A DNA stretch of 64,000 bases, taken from contig JARDVH010000025.1 in assembly GCA_030324005.1 (NCBI GenBank), forward strand, positions 95,461,672 to 95,525,671, written 5' to 3'. How positions within the stretch are numbered: the first letter of the stretch is position 1; every line of letters starts with the position of its first letter. The notes under the pieces are model-generated. The model saw only the letters and a list, made by a program, of their open reading frames with translations, searched no databases and was not told where the DNA came from. A program made the translations under genes and the position numbers. Of this stretch, positions 50,801 to 64,000 are shown one piece after another. The stretch is from Negaprion brevirostris (lineage: Eukaryota).

Positions 50801-52049
50801 CTAGACTGAGTGCTCTTTGTATACATTCTCAAATTGTTACTATATGATTTTAAACAACTTTTTCCAATCACTGATTCACAATAAAAAAAATCACCATTTT
50901 TGTGAATTCCAGGCAGACCTTGGTTTACCCGAATTATTGAACTTTTCTGAAAGTAATCCAAATAAATGAAAGCGCACATATTCAATTGGGAGGCAGTACA
51001 TATGATGTGATCATATTTAAGATGTGTTACTCTGAATAAGTAGTCAAAATCAAAAAGCCTGATGAAAGCAGTTCCCCATGAGAGGATGACACTTTGGAGT
51101 CATGTTTCATGGTCTAATTTTAGACCCAGTACTTGACATATTTGTATATAATAGCCATTTTCAAATTTACATTTGTCCACCATCACATTTTGAATTAAAT
51201 TTAGTCCTCTGCTCTTTATGTTTCACCCTTCTACACCAGATTATCAGCTATTATCAAAAACAGCAGGATTAATAGTATCCCAGTCAAACTGCATGCCTAC
51301 TGTGATTTGTAATGCAAGATCAGCCACAAATATGCAATAGGTGTTGTTTATTCCACAGAAAAAAGAAATTTGGCAATGATGATAAAATCACCTGAAAAAT
51401 ATAATCCTGAATTGCCTCAGTTTGGTTCAGTAATAATAATCTCACTTCTTGACTCATGAGGTTGCTGGTGTTTACCCATTCTCAAGACTAGAACATACAG
51501 TTAATGCTGAACCATTGCTACTTACAACGAAGTGCTGGATTCTCAAAAGAACCTTCCACGGTTGGTAAATGACTGCTTGTTTAGGTGGTTTTTACTAAAC
51601 CTATTGCACCTTTTGAAAAGGAGGGAATTCCAATGACCTATTCAATGTGCATTTCTTGATCGATCCTCAAAAAAGATTTTAACATATATCTTGATGCTGA
51701 TTATGGGATCTTGCTACGTGTGAAGTGCTAAACTCCCCTCATTCACCATTACAACTTAAAAGTAATTCATGTAATGGGATGCATTTTGAAATATTTCTAG
51801 GAGATTTGTTGAGGTGCTATGGAAAAGCAGGTTTCGAAAACTATGCAGTTAATCCACTGAAAAGTCAATGTTTGAAAGTTCAAAAAGCAAAGTATGTAAA
51901 ATTACTCAGCAGTCCACTGTACTACTATCTGATTTCTAATAATTGGTAAGAGATTAGTATCTCATCAGCTCAATCACTAGACATCTTACAATGTTGGCAA
52001 TAAGCACACTATGATTGTCTTTTTAAAAATCACTTAGAATGTGTGTATT

Positions 52050-54200
52050 GCTAGCAAAACCAGCATTTGTTGTCCATCCTAATTGCCCTTGAAAAGGTGG
52101 TGGCAAGTTGCCATCTTGAACCTCCAATCTATGCATTGCAGGTGCCCCCACAGCACTGTTAAGAAGGGAGTTTCAGGATTTGACCCAGCCAATGAGACAG
52201 GATGGTGATATAGTTCCGAGTAAAGATGATATGTGACTTGAAGGGAACTTGCAGGTGATGGTGCTCCCATGTATCTTCTGCCATGTCCTTCCAGGTGATA
52301 AGGTTTTGGGAGCTGCTGCGAAAGGAGGCTTGGCAAGTTGCTCAAGTGCATCAGAGAATGACGCACACTGCTGCTATTGTGTGGTGTTAGCAGAATATTT
52401 AAAGTGGTCAAAGAGGTGCCAATCAAACAGGCTTCTTTTTCTTGAATAATTTCAGCTTCTTGACTGTTGTTAGAGCTGCACACACATTGGCACGTGGAGG
52501 GCATTCCCACGTACTCCTTACATGTGCCTTGTGATGATGATATTCTTTGGGAGTCAGAAGGTGAGTTGCTCACTACAGAATTCTCAGCCTCTGATCTACA
52601 CTTGTACTCAACTGCTTTCTATGGTAGCAAATTCCACAGACTTACCATTCTCTGGATGAAGACATTTCTCCTCATCTCAGCCTCAAATGGTTTATCCTGC
52701 ATCCTTAGGTGACCCCTAGTTCTGGAACCTCCGCCCCCCCCTNNNNNNNNNNCTGCTGAAGACAAGTATCAGCAATACTGGGGATGTCATCAATTCAACA
52801 CTTCTGGAGGTAGTTGCAAGTACTTCAGCCTTGTCTTTTGGACTGACGTCATGGATTACCCATTAATGAAGATAGGAATATTTGCGAAGCCTTCTCCTTC
52901 ATTGAATTGTTTGATTGTGCACTACCATTCATGACTGGGTATGATAGAACTGCAGAACTGTGATTCAACCCATTGGCTCAAAGATCATTTAGCTATTTAT
53001 AGTATACTGCTTCAGTACTTTAACATGCAAGTAGTCCTGCACTTTTTAGGAATGCCTGGTGCGTCTAGCATGCCCTCCTGCACTCTTCATTGAACCAAGG
53101 TTAGTTCCCTAGCTTTGGTAGAATAAGGGATAGGACAAACCATGAGGTTACAGATTGTGGTTGAAAACAATTCTGCTGCTGTTGATGCCCTACAGCACCT
53201 CAGAGAGGTCGTATAAGCCATCAGAAGCCTGATTATGAGCTCTTAGCTTTGTTCTGAATCTGATGTGATGTGAAGATGGAACTTTTACTCCAATACTGTT
53301 CACTGGTAAATTTCTGTCGTGGACATACATCTGAGAAAGTAAGATTGGTGAGGATGAGGTCAAGTTTTTTTTTGGCTCTTGTTCGTTCTTTTAACATCTG
53401 CCTTAGACACAGTCCTGCAGATAATTCCTTTAGAACTCATCCAGCAGTGGTACTAACAAACCACTTTTGGTGATGGACATTGAAGTCCTCTGCTCAGAAT
53501 ACATTCTGTGCCCTTGTCACCTTCAGTGCTTCTTCCAATTGATGTTTAAAATTGGAAGGGGAGGGAGCAGGAGGTGGTAATCAGCAGGAGGTTTCCTTGT
53601 CCATGTACAATCAGATGCCAATAACATGCCATGGGGCTCAAAATTAATGTTGATGACTCCCAGGGCAACTGCCTCTTGATTGTAGCTGTACCACCACCTC
53701 TGGTGAGTCATTGACTGTAAGATCTGAATTGGTGAGTATGGCTGTAAAAGAAATTTGCATGAGTTTTTCATGGGACAGTGTTCCTAATTTTCTCCCCTGA
53801 TGAGGACGACTTTGGAGAATCGATTGGGTAGGATATGTCTTTGTTACTGCCACTGCCTAGGTCAATTCCATGTGCCCTGATTGTGTTTTTTTCCCTTATT
53901 TGGCTTTTCTGTAGAAATTTAATACAGCAGGCTTACTTGGCCTTCACATTAAGAATTAACCAGATTGCTGTGGGTCTGGAATCACACATAATAAGCTAGT
54001 TCAGGTCTGGACAGCTGATTCCCTTCCCTAAAGGNNNNNNNNNNNNNNNNNNNNNNNNNNNNNNNNNNNNNNNNNNNNNNNNNNNNNNNNNNNNNNNNNN
54101 NNNNNNNNNNNNNNNNNNNNNNNNNNNNNNNNNNGGTCTTGACAGCTGATTCCCTTCCCTAAAGGACATTAGTGAACTAAATGCTTTTTAACGACAATCT
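52050..54200 (-). mobile_element. Degenerate non-LTR retrotransposon (APE endonuclease + RT, clade uncertain); related pieces at about 18470-18740, 60700-60980 and 62600-63530
   Basis: Minus-strand DFNVHHQKWF endonuclease motif near 53460-53490. 3' end matches the ...ttctcaagggcaattaggatgg..aataaatgctgg tail type also seen at about 3110-3160. Confidence 0.65.
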
Positions 54201-56065
54201 GGTAGTTTGATGATCACTATTGACAGTGACAAGGTTGACCTGCGCTCCTCGAAATCTGGCCTCTTATGCATATTCAATTTTAATTGCTTTCTCAATAATG
54301 GCTGTGCCTTAAGTTGCCTAGACACCAAGCTCTGGAATTCCCTCTCTCCACCTCTCTGCTTCACTAGCTTCCTTTAAGACACTCCTTAAAACTCTATCAC
54401 CAAACTTTTCATTATCTTAATATCGATTTACATGGTTTGGTGTAATACTTTGTTTTATAATGCTCCTATGAAGTGCCTTGGGACATTTCAATATGTTCAG
54501 GGCACTATATAAACTGTTGTTTTTATTCATGAATTGAATTTTAAGTTCCACCAGATCTCCAGAGCAATTATGTTCAGCTGCTCCAGCAACATTATCAGTG
54601 TTTCACCATTCCCAACATGCACATTAAGTATGTAAAAACATGGATTTCTGCAATCATTAGGGAAGTTTGTAACATAAGGAAACCTTGAATATTCTTAATT
54701 TCTATGTAGAATCTTCTTTGCTGGTCTGCTGAGATTTACCTTGCTGAAAATCAAACCTGAAAACTCCTTTGCTACTGGGAATGTTACTGGGGTCAGTGTG
54801 CCTTTGTGACATGGGAACTGCACAGAATCTCCGTACCTATTTTAATGGTTTATTCAAACACGTGACGTCAATACCAGACTGTTAGCTGATCTGAAGGGTA
54901 TCTGTTGCCCATCATCTGTCCTAACGGCTGTACAGTTTGATTTGGTGATTATTCCTAAAAAAAAGTGTAATTTAGTACAGAATTAGATAAGTCAGGAAGA
55001 CATTAATATGCTGATATTTTGATTGCATCCTTGTCTACATGCTTGTTTCCTTTGTTCAACTGACCAATTAAATGAAATGGATTTGGTAACTAGATAACAG
55101 TTCTTTTCTCCAAAATCTATTAGAAGGGCATCATTGGAGCTACAGGCATTTGATGGGAGCTGAAGGCTTTTTCTACTTCTTAAAGTTTCTGAACATTGGC
55201 GGATTTGTTTCATTTGGAAGATAAATTTGAAGTTTTCTTTCTTCTACTCAAACTTCATATCGAGGGAACATATACTCCTTAATCATTAAAGAGAAATAGA
55301 AAATACTGCAAACACTTAACAGGTCAGGTGGCAGCTGTGGGGAAAGAAACAGAGTCAACATTTTGTCAGAACCGGAAATAGAGATGTAACAAGTTTTAAG
55401 CAAGTACAGACGGAGGAAAGATGGAAGAGATTTGGAGGGGAACCATTGGTGAAAAGGGGAGCAAAGAATAAAGGGCAAAGTCATATTCATCAATTCTTTT
55501 GAAGTCACATTCATCAATTCTTTTGAGCAAGACTGGAGGTAGGGATGGGTGAAGAGGTGGTGGGGAACAATGTGGATGAATAATTTCATGTAAAACTAGC
55601 ATTAAGGGAACTATTTATCAATGGTTTAATATTTTTATTACTTTCGATGTGAGGAATAATTTAATTTCAACTGTTACTTTGAATAAACCTATACTATATA
55701 GTTTATAATCTAGGCTATTCTGAAATAAAACAGAAAGCACTGAAAAAGCTCAAAAGGTCAAGCAACATCTTAGGAGTGATAAACAGATTTAACATTTCAA
55801 GTCATTGACCTTTCGACAGAAGTGAAAAATGGACTCTGTTTTCTGCTCCACAATGCTGCCTAACCTGTTACGTTTTTACATACTTTCTGTTCTTATTTCA
55901 AACTTCCAACATCTTTCTAACAGTGTTTATGCTAATCTTACTACTACTTTTATATTGCTACTGTAAATTTGGGAGATCGTGAGAGGTTGATAGCAATACA
56001 CTGCAGGTGCAAGATATCTGAAATCAAACAGAAGATGCTGGAAACTTGGATCAGGGCAGACAGCA

Positions 56066-56365
56066 ATGGTGGCACAGTAAGCACTGCTGCCTCACACCGC
56101 CAGGGATCCAGGTTTGATTCCTGTGCAGACTCCACACTGTTACTGTCTGTGTGAAGTCTGCACATTCTCTCTGTCTACATGGGTTTCCTCTGGATGCTCC
56201 AGTTTCCTCCCACAGTCCAAAGATGTGCAACTTACGTGGATTGGTCATGTTAAATTCCTCTCAGTGTACCCAAACAGGTGCCAGAGTGCAGAGACTAGGG
56301 GATTTTCACAGTAACTTCATTGCAGTGTTACTGTAAGTCTACTTGTGACTATTAAATAAACTTTT
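56066..56365 (+). mobile_element. HE1-like SINE
   Basis: ggtggcacagtaagcactgctgcctcac head; tail cagtaacttcattgcagtgtta...aataaa. Confidence 0.8.
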
Positions 56366-58906
56366 ACTTTACAACTGTGGAGACCGAAGTAGAGTTAAGG
56401 CAGGAATTGTTTCAACTTAGAAGATTCTCAGATGTTGGGACCATATACGGGTCCCGAACTCAACGGTTNNNNNNNNNNNNNNNNNNNNNNNNNNNNNNNN
56501 NNNNNNNNNNNNNNNNNNNNNNNNNNNNNNNNNNNNNNNNNNNNNNNNNNNNNNNNNNNNNNNNNNNNACCAGGAGAGGTGAGCGCTGCTAATGTAGGTG
56601 GGAGACTGGCACCCACTGACAATTTCTGCAAAAGTTAAATGTGCATGTGACTACAGCTGCCAGCGGTCACCAGCGTGGCCTCACTGGCTCTCAGCATGTT
56701 ACTGACGGACTGCCTCCAGACACCTGCTTTATTTCAGTCTCAGTGGGGAGCCCGATTGTCAGTGGGAAGATCCTCGCGGTGCCACCAATTCTCTCAAATT
56801 GGAGACTTAATAATTAACCAAAAGAGAAAATACTGGAAAATCTCAGCAGGTCTGGCAGCATCTGTAAGCAGAGAAAAGAGCTGACGTTTCAAATCCAGAT
56901 GATCCTTTGTCAAAAAGAAACATACAGAAATCCTGTGAGAGAAAAGAGCAGTACTTCTTCAAGGTAGGCATTCCTGGAAGAGAAGTGGCAGTGAGTTAAA
57001 CACTGGATAAAAGCAAATTACAGCAGATGCTGGAATATGAAACTAAAAAAAGAGAAAACTCTGAAAAATCTCAGCGGATCTGGCAGCATCTGTAAGGAGA
57101 GAAAAGAACTGATGTTTTGAGACCAGATGCTAAAATGTAATTATGAATGGACAAAAAAATTTGACTCACATTCCAAGAATAAATAAAAATAAAAACAGCT
57201 TTTAAGCAAGTCCAAAAGCAGGGAAAGTCTCAAGACAAGAGCAAAAGGGAAAAGTCTATGATATGGTGGTGAGCAGGAGTAATTAAATGGCAGAAGGGAT
57301 AATGGTGCAAGGCAAATAGGAAGTGAAAGTAGGACAAGACTAGAAGCAAAAGATGGATCGAGAAGTTTCATATTATTAGTCACAGTAGAATAACAGATGG
57401 AGAGAGGAAACAGGCACACAGTCTTCCCAGATAGAGAAGGCCCTCTTTAGCAGAGAATGTGATCAGTGAAAGGCAGGTAAATTCCAGAATGTGGATATCT
57501 TAGAGAGGATCCCCACTCCAAGTACTAGCCCACATCTCTCTCAAAAAGATTAGAAAAGGACTCTTGTCCAGTAAACTAAAAACAGCAACAAAGTTTCATG
57601 TCTTTAAGAAACACTGTTACCAAACACATACAAAGCCATGTATATTTTTTTAAAAAGTTATATTTCAGTTTAAAGGAAGTGAGGGGTTTGCTCTAATTTA
57701 AGTCTGAGACAAGAGTAATGATATTGAGGCCAGTGGTCATTGAACAAATACAGCGATAAAACAGAAGTACAAAAGGGGGATTTTAAAAAATACAGTAATA
57801 CCTACTAAAGACTAATTAAATCACCTGTGCTGTGATGTACAGAGAATCCAAAATAAAATAGTGGAATTGAACAGGGAGATTGTGGCATAGTGCTATTGTC
57901 ACTGGACTTGTAATTCAGAAATACGGGGTAAATCTGTGGGGATCTGGGTTCAAATGGTGAAATTTTAATTCTATACTTAATCTGGAATTAAAAGTCTAAT
58001 GATGATCCTGAAACCATTGTCAATTGTTGTAAAAATCCATCTGGCATCCTTACCTGGTCGAACTGTGACTCCAGATCCATAGTAATGTGTGGTTGACTCT
58101 TAAAATGCTCTTTGAAATGATCTAGGAAGTTACTGAGTTCATGGGTAATGAATGCTGGTCCAATATTACTGCCTCTGCCACCATTGTGGCCAAGGGAAGA
58201 CGTGACCAGCTCTTGACAGCAGGTCTGCCTAACTCTGGGAGGCAGAAGTCTCACTCTTAGCTCTTTAAGGATGCCCACTGCGTGTTATCACTGTGGGTCA
58301 GCCCTTTCCAAAGTTAGTGAGCTTTTCAACTGGGGGAGGGATGAGCAATTCACCCTCCTCCCCCGACCCCTTACATAAAATTCACCTCAATGTTTCAGGT
58401 CAATAAGCTTTCCTGTGAAAACTTTTTCCATTTCCATTTCAAATAACTAAGTGCCATGCTAAGGGAATTATCTAATATTGTCAGCATATCTTTCACATGT
58501 GTCCTCATCTGAAAGAAAAGCTGGACTTTTCCCCCCACCCTCTCCCTCCACTGGGTCCCAGCCAACATTTCCCTTCTACCAACATCCAAACAGATCAAGT
58601 TCAATTTTCCAGCCCCGCTGCAATGAATGGAGATTTGGCAGAGCGCCAAATTTTCTGTCCTCACTTGCAGCAGCAGTGGGCGGGCCATGAACACTTGGAA
58701 ATTCCCAGCCATTATCTGGTTGTTTTCACACTGCAATTTGTAAGAACTTGCTGTTGCAAATTGGTTGCTATGTTTCCTACATTACAACAGCAAATATGCT
58801 TCAAAAGCACCCTCAAATTCAAAACTAAAACACTTCAATTTTAAAAATAAATCTGTGGAAACAATTCAGTGAGCAAGTGATATATTTCTGGGGCAGGTTT
58901 CTGGTG

Positions 58907-59350
58907 GGTGGCACAGTGACACAGTGGTTAGCAGTGCTACCTCACAGTACCAGGGACCTGGGTTTGATTCCCAGCTTGGGTCTTTGTCTGAAGCTTGCAT
59001 GTTCTCCCCGTGTCTGCATGCATTTCCTCCCGATACACCGGTTTCCTCCTACAGTCTGAAAGACGTGCTGGTTAGGTGCACTGGCCCGAACAGGCACCGG
59101 AGAGTGGTGGCCAGAGGAATTTCACAGTAACTTCATTGCAATATTAATGTAAGCCTTACTCGTGAGTAATAAATAATAGAACATTGAATTCCTACGATGC
59201 AGAAGGAGTCTATTCAGCCCATCAAGTCTGCACCAACCATAATGTCACCCTGGGCCCTTTTCCCATAAACCCACATATTTACCCTGCTAATCCCCTGCAC
59301 TAGGGTCAATTTAGCACATTCAAACAACCTAACCCACACATCTTTGGATA
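58907..59350. mobile_element. Tail-to-tail pair of SINEs (+ 58907-59178, - 59178-59350)
   Basis: ggtggcacagtgacacagtggttagcagtgct head; reverse-oriented SINE 3' half follows. Confidence 0.75.
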
Positions 59351-61989
59351 AATAAATAAATAAATTTCTCAGGGAGAGCAGAAATACATATTATTGATTT
59401 ATTCAAAATTAAATTAGATAGGTTTTCTTCAGAAAATAATATTGAGACACAATTAAGCAATTTGAGACAATGATATGATGATTACAGCAAGTTTCCAATG
59501 AATAGGTGCCTTGCCTCATATGTGGGGTGTGTTCTAGACTCGTTTAGAGAGATTATTTGCAATAAATATTCAATAACTCTATTCTGTTGCATCAATCACA
59601 CATCTGCCAGTTAGAAGTGAATTTGATGAACCTGGGTCTTTTCACACGTAACAGTTTCTTCACAATAGGCTAATCAGATCTTTACTTACCTAGCAGTAAG
59701 CTGAATACTTATTCTTCCACATTTAACTCTGCTCTTCAGGACCCACGGAGACACTGCACTCCTTTCTGCCACCCACTCTCTCATAAATAACCTTCTTCTC
59801 CCCATCAGTTCAACTTAACATCTTTTTCCCACTATAACCTAATTAAGTGAGAAGTTTCTGCACCTTGTTCAAATAGGCATCCTTCCATCCATATACATGT
59901 GATGCTGCACTCTTTATCCTGCAGTTTACATTGGTATTCTCTTTCATTCCCCACCACAAAGTCATCTCTGATGATTTCTTCCTTCAGTGTTTCCAGATTC
60001 TGCCTTCTTCCCTCTTCTCTTCATCACCTATTTCCTACTTCATTGTCATATATTGTCAGCTCCTATTATCATCCAATCCCCAGCTTCTTGGTCATCCATT
60101 CCACTTACCACTTCACAATTTTCCATTTCCCACATACTAATTTCACCAAGGGCATTGGGTGATCCATTAGAGCAAATTCCATCTTCTCCTTGTGCCTCTC
60201 CCAGTAACTGCACAGTTACTTTATACAGTAAAGCAAAATAAATGTTCCAGCAAGAGTTTTGATTGACCGTTCAAAATAAGTCATTAGTGCTGAAAATAGA
60301 TTGGATGGGAGACACATGCCTGTATGATAAAGTAACTACCAAAATGAAGATAAATAGGATTAATGAGAGTTGGAAGAGGGAGAAGAGGGGAGTGGGTGGA
60401 GAGCCCTGACTTTTATCAGTAAATATCAATTCCAGCAATGTGAGGGATTCAGACGTAGAGTTCCGGGAAAATGGGCATGAATTTGGCAGGTGACAGGACA
60501 AAGATTATGGAGTGGAAAGGATGTTTGGAGATGGGCGCAGCAGCTTACTGGCACCAATGGGAATCTGTTCATCTACGATCTGTTTGAATCGGGGGGAGCA
60601 AAATTGCCTATTTCTGTTGCTATGTCCTTCTTACGAAGTATTTATAAGAATAGGATTTACAGCTGAAAACCAAGTATGTCAGGCTTCTAAAGATTCTTTC
60701 ACAAGATGTGGACCTCGCTGACTAGGCCAACATTTATTGTCCACCTTTAATTGCCTTTGAAAAGGTGCTGGTGAGCCACCTTCTTGAACTGCAATAGTCT
60801 ATGCACACTTACAGTATGTACACCCACAGAGTTCCAGGGTTTTGATCCAGCAAAAGTGAAGGAATGACTATTTGGTTCCAATCAGGATGGCTTGGAGGCG
60901 AACTTGTAGATGGCGGTGTTCCCATGTATCTGCTACCCTTGTTCCTCTAGGTGGTAGAAGTCACAGATTTGGAAAGCTGCATGAGAGATGCTCTATGACC
61001 ACACATCGTTGTATGCAGGCAGGGGTAATCCTATAGACCATGCTTTGACAGTTCATACATTCAGAGAGGCTTTCCTTTCCGAAAGAAGCAGATCCAATTA
61101 AACCACTGAACTAGAAATACATGACCAATCACATGTTGGATGCTTCGTGAGAAATAGCCCAGTTATAGAATTTGCACGTTTAGTTCTACTGCATGAAAAA
61201 GATTGAATAAAATGCTGTGTAGAAAGGTAGGTTAATCTGACAAGACCTGGCAAGGCATGAGTCAGCAGAAAGCCAGATGAAGAACTGCCATCTGCTGCAA
61301 CAAGATGTTACCATGTAGAATAGAGCTGACATATCCAGTGACACAAATGAAGCAGCAATGAGACAATATTAACAGATGTGAAGCTCAAACATGGCTCCAT
61401 TGTTGTCAGACAAGGGGATAGTGCTCGGAAATCACATTAAGAGAAATTCTCCTAGCAATTATTTCAATAGTAATTACAATGCTTACAAAAATGCCTCCAG
61501 CAAAGTGTTATTGATCTGTTCATGACAATAATGGTAGGAGTGTCTGCTGCAGATTGTGGATACCATTGTGTGGCACTATGCTAGATGGAATAGATCTACA
61601 TTTCAATTGTTGTGTACCACTTCTTAACCCTTTCTTTTCCTTTGACAAAAGTAACTAATGTGTTTGCACATCCTTCAAATTTATCAGAAAGCTTTCAAAA
61701 CTTCTGGACTCTTTGACATTCACCTCAATGGTCACATTCCCACAAAATTTCGTTCACACAGAATTTTCTGTTTCCACCGCTAAGGTCCTCCTAATGGCTG
61801 TCCAATTTTGCAATCGAAATTAAGTAAGCCCACGATCTCAACTGCTCATTCCTCATGGCCCTAAAAAAGTGATGGGAAGATGGATAGATTTGATCTTGTT
61901 GGAGATGGCCATTACCATGACATGTACGACACAAATATTATTTACCATTTATCAGCCCAAGTCTGAACGTTGTCCAGTTCTTGTTGCCA

Positions 61990-62550
61990 ATCGGAACAGG
62001 AGTGGATGATTCAGCCCATCAAGCCCACCCTGACATTCATTGTGTTTATGGCTGGTCCTCTATCTCAATAACATACTCCCACTCTCTCCCCATACTGCTT
62101 AACATTTTATTGACTAGAAATCCTTCTATATTTTTCTTAAATATATTCTCTGACTTCCCCTCCACAGCCTTATGTGGTAGAGATTTTCCCATATTCAGCA
62201 AAAGAAACTTCTTCACATCTCAGTCCTAAATTACCAACCCTACATCTGAGGTTGTGACCTTTTGTTCCAGACCCCCAGCTAGGGAGACATCACAACTCAT
62301 AGAATCATACAGTGCAGAAGGAGGCCATCCAGCCCATTTAGTTCCAAACAAAATCCCATCCAGGCCCTATCCCCATAACCCCATACATTTAACCTAGCTA
62401 GCTACCCTGACACTAAGGGGCAATTTAGCATGGCCAATCCGCCCAACCTGCGCATCTTTAGGCTGTGAGAGGAGACCAGAGGAACCCCACACAGATGGGG
62501 AGACTCCACACAGACAGTAGCCCAAGCCACGAATCAAACCCAGGTTCCAG
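61990..62550 (-). mobile_element. CR1 3' end followed by a SINE (both reverse)
   Basis: CR1 tail ttcagcccatcaagcc at about 62010; SINE with catagaatcatacagtgcagaaggaggcc tail at about 62300. Confidence 0.7.
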
Positions 62551-63749
62551 GCACATCTCTTCATCTCTTCATCCAGTTAGGGTTTTATACCTTTCAATGA
62601 GAGAGGACTGCTTCAGTGTCCAAGCAGTCGCGAATGGTACTAAACATTGTACAATCATCAGCAAATGCCCCCACCTTTGACCTTATGATGGAAGGAAGGT
62701 CATTGATGAAGCAGCTAAAGATGTTTTGGCCTGTGACTCTACCTGGAACTCCTGGGACTTAGATGATTGACCTCCAACAACCAGTCATTTCTTTTATGCG
62801 CAGCAGAACCCCAAGTAGTGGAGGGCTCCCTGATTGTTTTCAGTTCCGCTAGGGCTCCTTGATGCTACACTTGTTCAAGTGCTGCCTTTTTGTCAATGGC
62901 AGTCATTAACATCTCATCTTTTGAGTTCAGCTCTTCTGTTCATGCTTGGAGCAAAGCTGTAATGAGTTCAGGAGCTGAGTGGCCCAGGTGGAATCCAAAC
63001 TGACCTTTAGCAAGCAGGTTATAGCTGAGCTCGTGCCATTTGATAACACTCTCAAAGACCCTTTCCACAACATTGCTGATGATTGAGAGTAAGCTGGGGT
63101 AGTAGCTGGCAGGGTTTGATCTGTCCTGTTATTGTGAAAGGACATACCTGGGCAATTTTCCACTTTGTACAGTGGATACCCAGTGCTATAGCGGGTGTAG
63201 CAGATGATAATCAGCAGCAGGTTTCCTTGTTTGTGCTTGACTAGATGCCATGAGACATCATGGGGCCCAGAATTAATGTTGAGGATTCCCAGGACAACTC
63301 ACTCCCAATGGCATACCACTATGACATCATCTCTAGTGGTTCTGTCCTACAGGTAGGATGGCACCTACCCAAGGATGGTGCTGGTGGGATATTTCCCTAA
63401 GATGTGATTGCATGTGTATGACTATGTCAGGCTGGTGCTTAATGGTCCAATGACCAGCTCTCCCAATTTTGGCACAAGCCCCCTGATGTTAGTCCAAAAG
63501 ACTCTGCAGGTTGGTTGTGCCCTTGTCATTTTTGGTCTTTAGGTACAATTATGAGTTCTTTAGTGAACATAAAAGAAAAACAGCAGTAGCTGCTCAAAGG
63601 CTAATCATTAATGAAGTTTTCAAATTTTTTAGACTTAAAAATTATCCTTATGCTGCAACGATGCTTCAGAAAAGTGTTTTTTAAATTGAAATTTCAATCA
63701 AAAGAAGAAAGGGAGTGGCTTTGATTGAGATGAACAGCAATCAATCATG

Positions 63750-64000
63750 GGCAGCCTGTAACACAGTGGTTAGCACTGCTGCCTCACAGCAAAAAGTCTG
63801 ACTACACCAGGTTTTAGCGCCAGGGACCCAGGTTCAATTCCAGCCTTGGGTGACTGTCTGTGTGGAGTTTGCATGTTCCCCACATGTCTACATGGGTTTC
63901 TTCCAGGCACTCCAGTTTCTTCTCACAAATTTGCAGGTTAGGTGGATTGCTAAATTGCCCCTTAGTGTCCCAAAGTGTGTAGATTAGGGGAATTAGCATG
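63750..64000 (+). mobile_element. HE1/V-SINE-like element (runs off the window)
   Basis: cacagtggttagcactgctgcctcacag...gacccaggttcaattcc...tgtgtggagtttgcatgtt. Confidence 0.8.

Noticed and set aside
58386-58508. Minus-strand segment bounded by a good acceptor (cttttctttcag) and a gtgaat donor, as a candidate CARD11 exon
   Set aside because: Stops in all three frames and no resemblance to CARD11.
1-64000. CRISPR arrays, prokaryotic operons, rRNA or true tRNA genes
   Set aside because: The DNA is vertebrate. The tRNA-like segments are SINE heads, and I saw no regularly spaced repeat-spacer array or rRNA-like sequence.

Overview
This is eukaryotic (vertebrate) genomic DNA from a gapped draft assembly. 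The repeat content points to a shark: abundant CR1 LINEs, HE1/V-type and Deu-domain tRNA SINEs, Penelope-derived palindromes, and Gypsy and Tx1 remnants (inference). Two host genes are recognisable. (1) A complete spliced ALKAL2/FAM150B (augmentor-alpha, ALK/LTK ligand) gene on the + strand, with coding exons 37860-38121, 45888-45944, 46038-46118 and 47614-47678 (154 aa) and a probable non-coding last exon from 49955. (2) The terminal coding exon of a CARD11/CARMA1-like MAGUK on the - strand (29110-29317). I found no other CARD11 exon in the window, so the ALKAL2 gene may be nested antisense in a very long last intron, or the exon may be an orphan. The ALKAL2 protein keeps its cysteines and site-1 arginines but has a Lys insertion and a Phe->Val change in helix A. 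A ~230-bp inverted templated copy of promoter-proximal DNA sits inside an L2 and has lost almost all its CpGs, which marks a methylation boundary. Repeat boundaries were estimated by eye and are approximate. No database searches were run.
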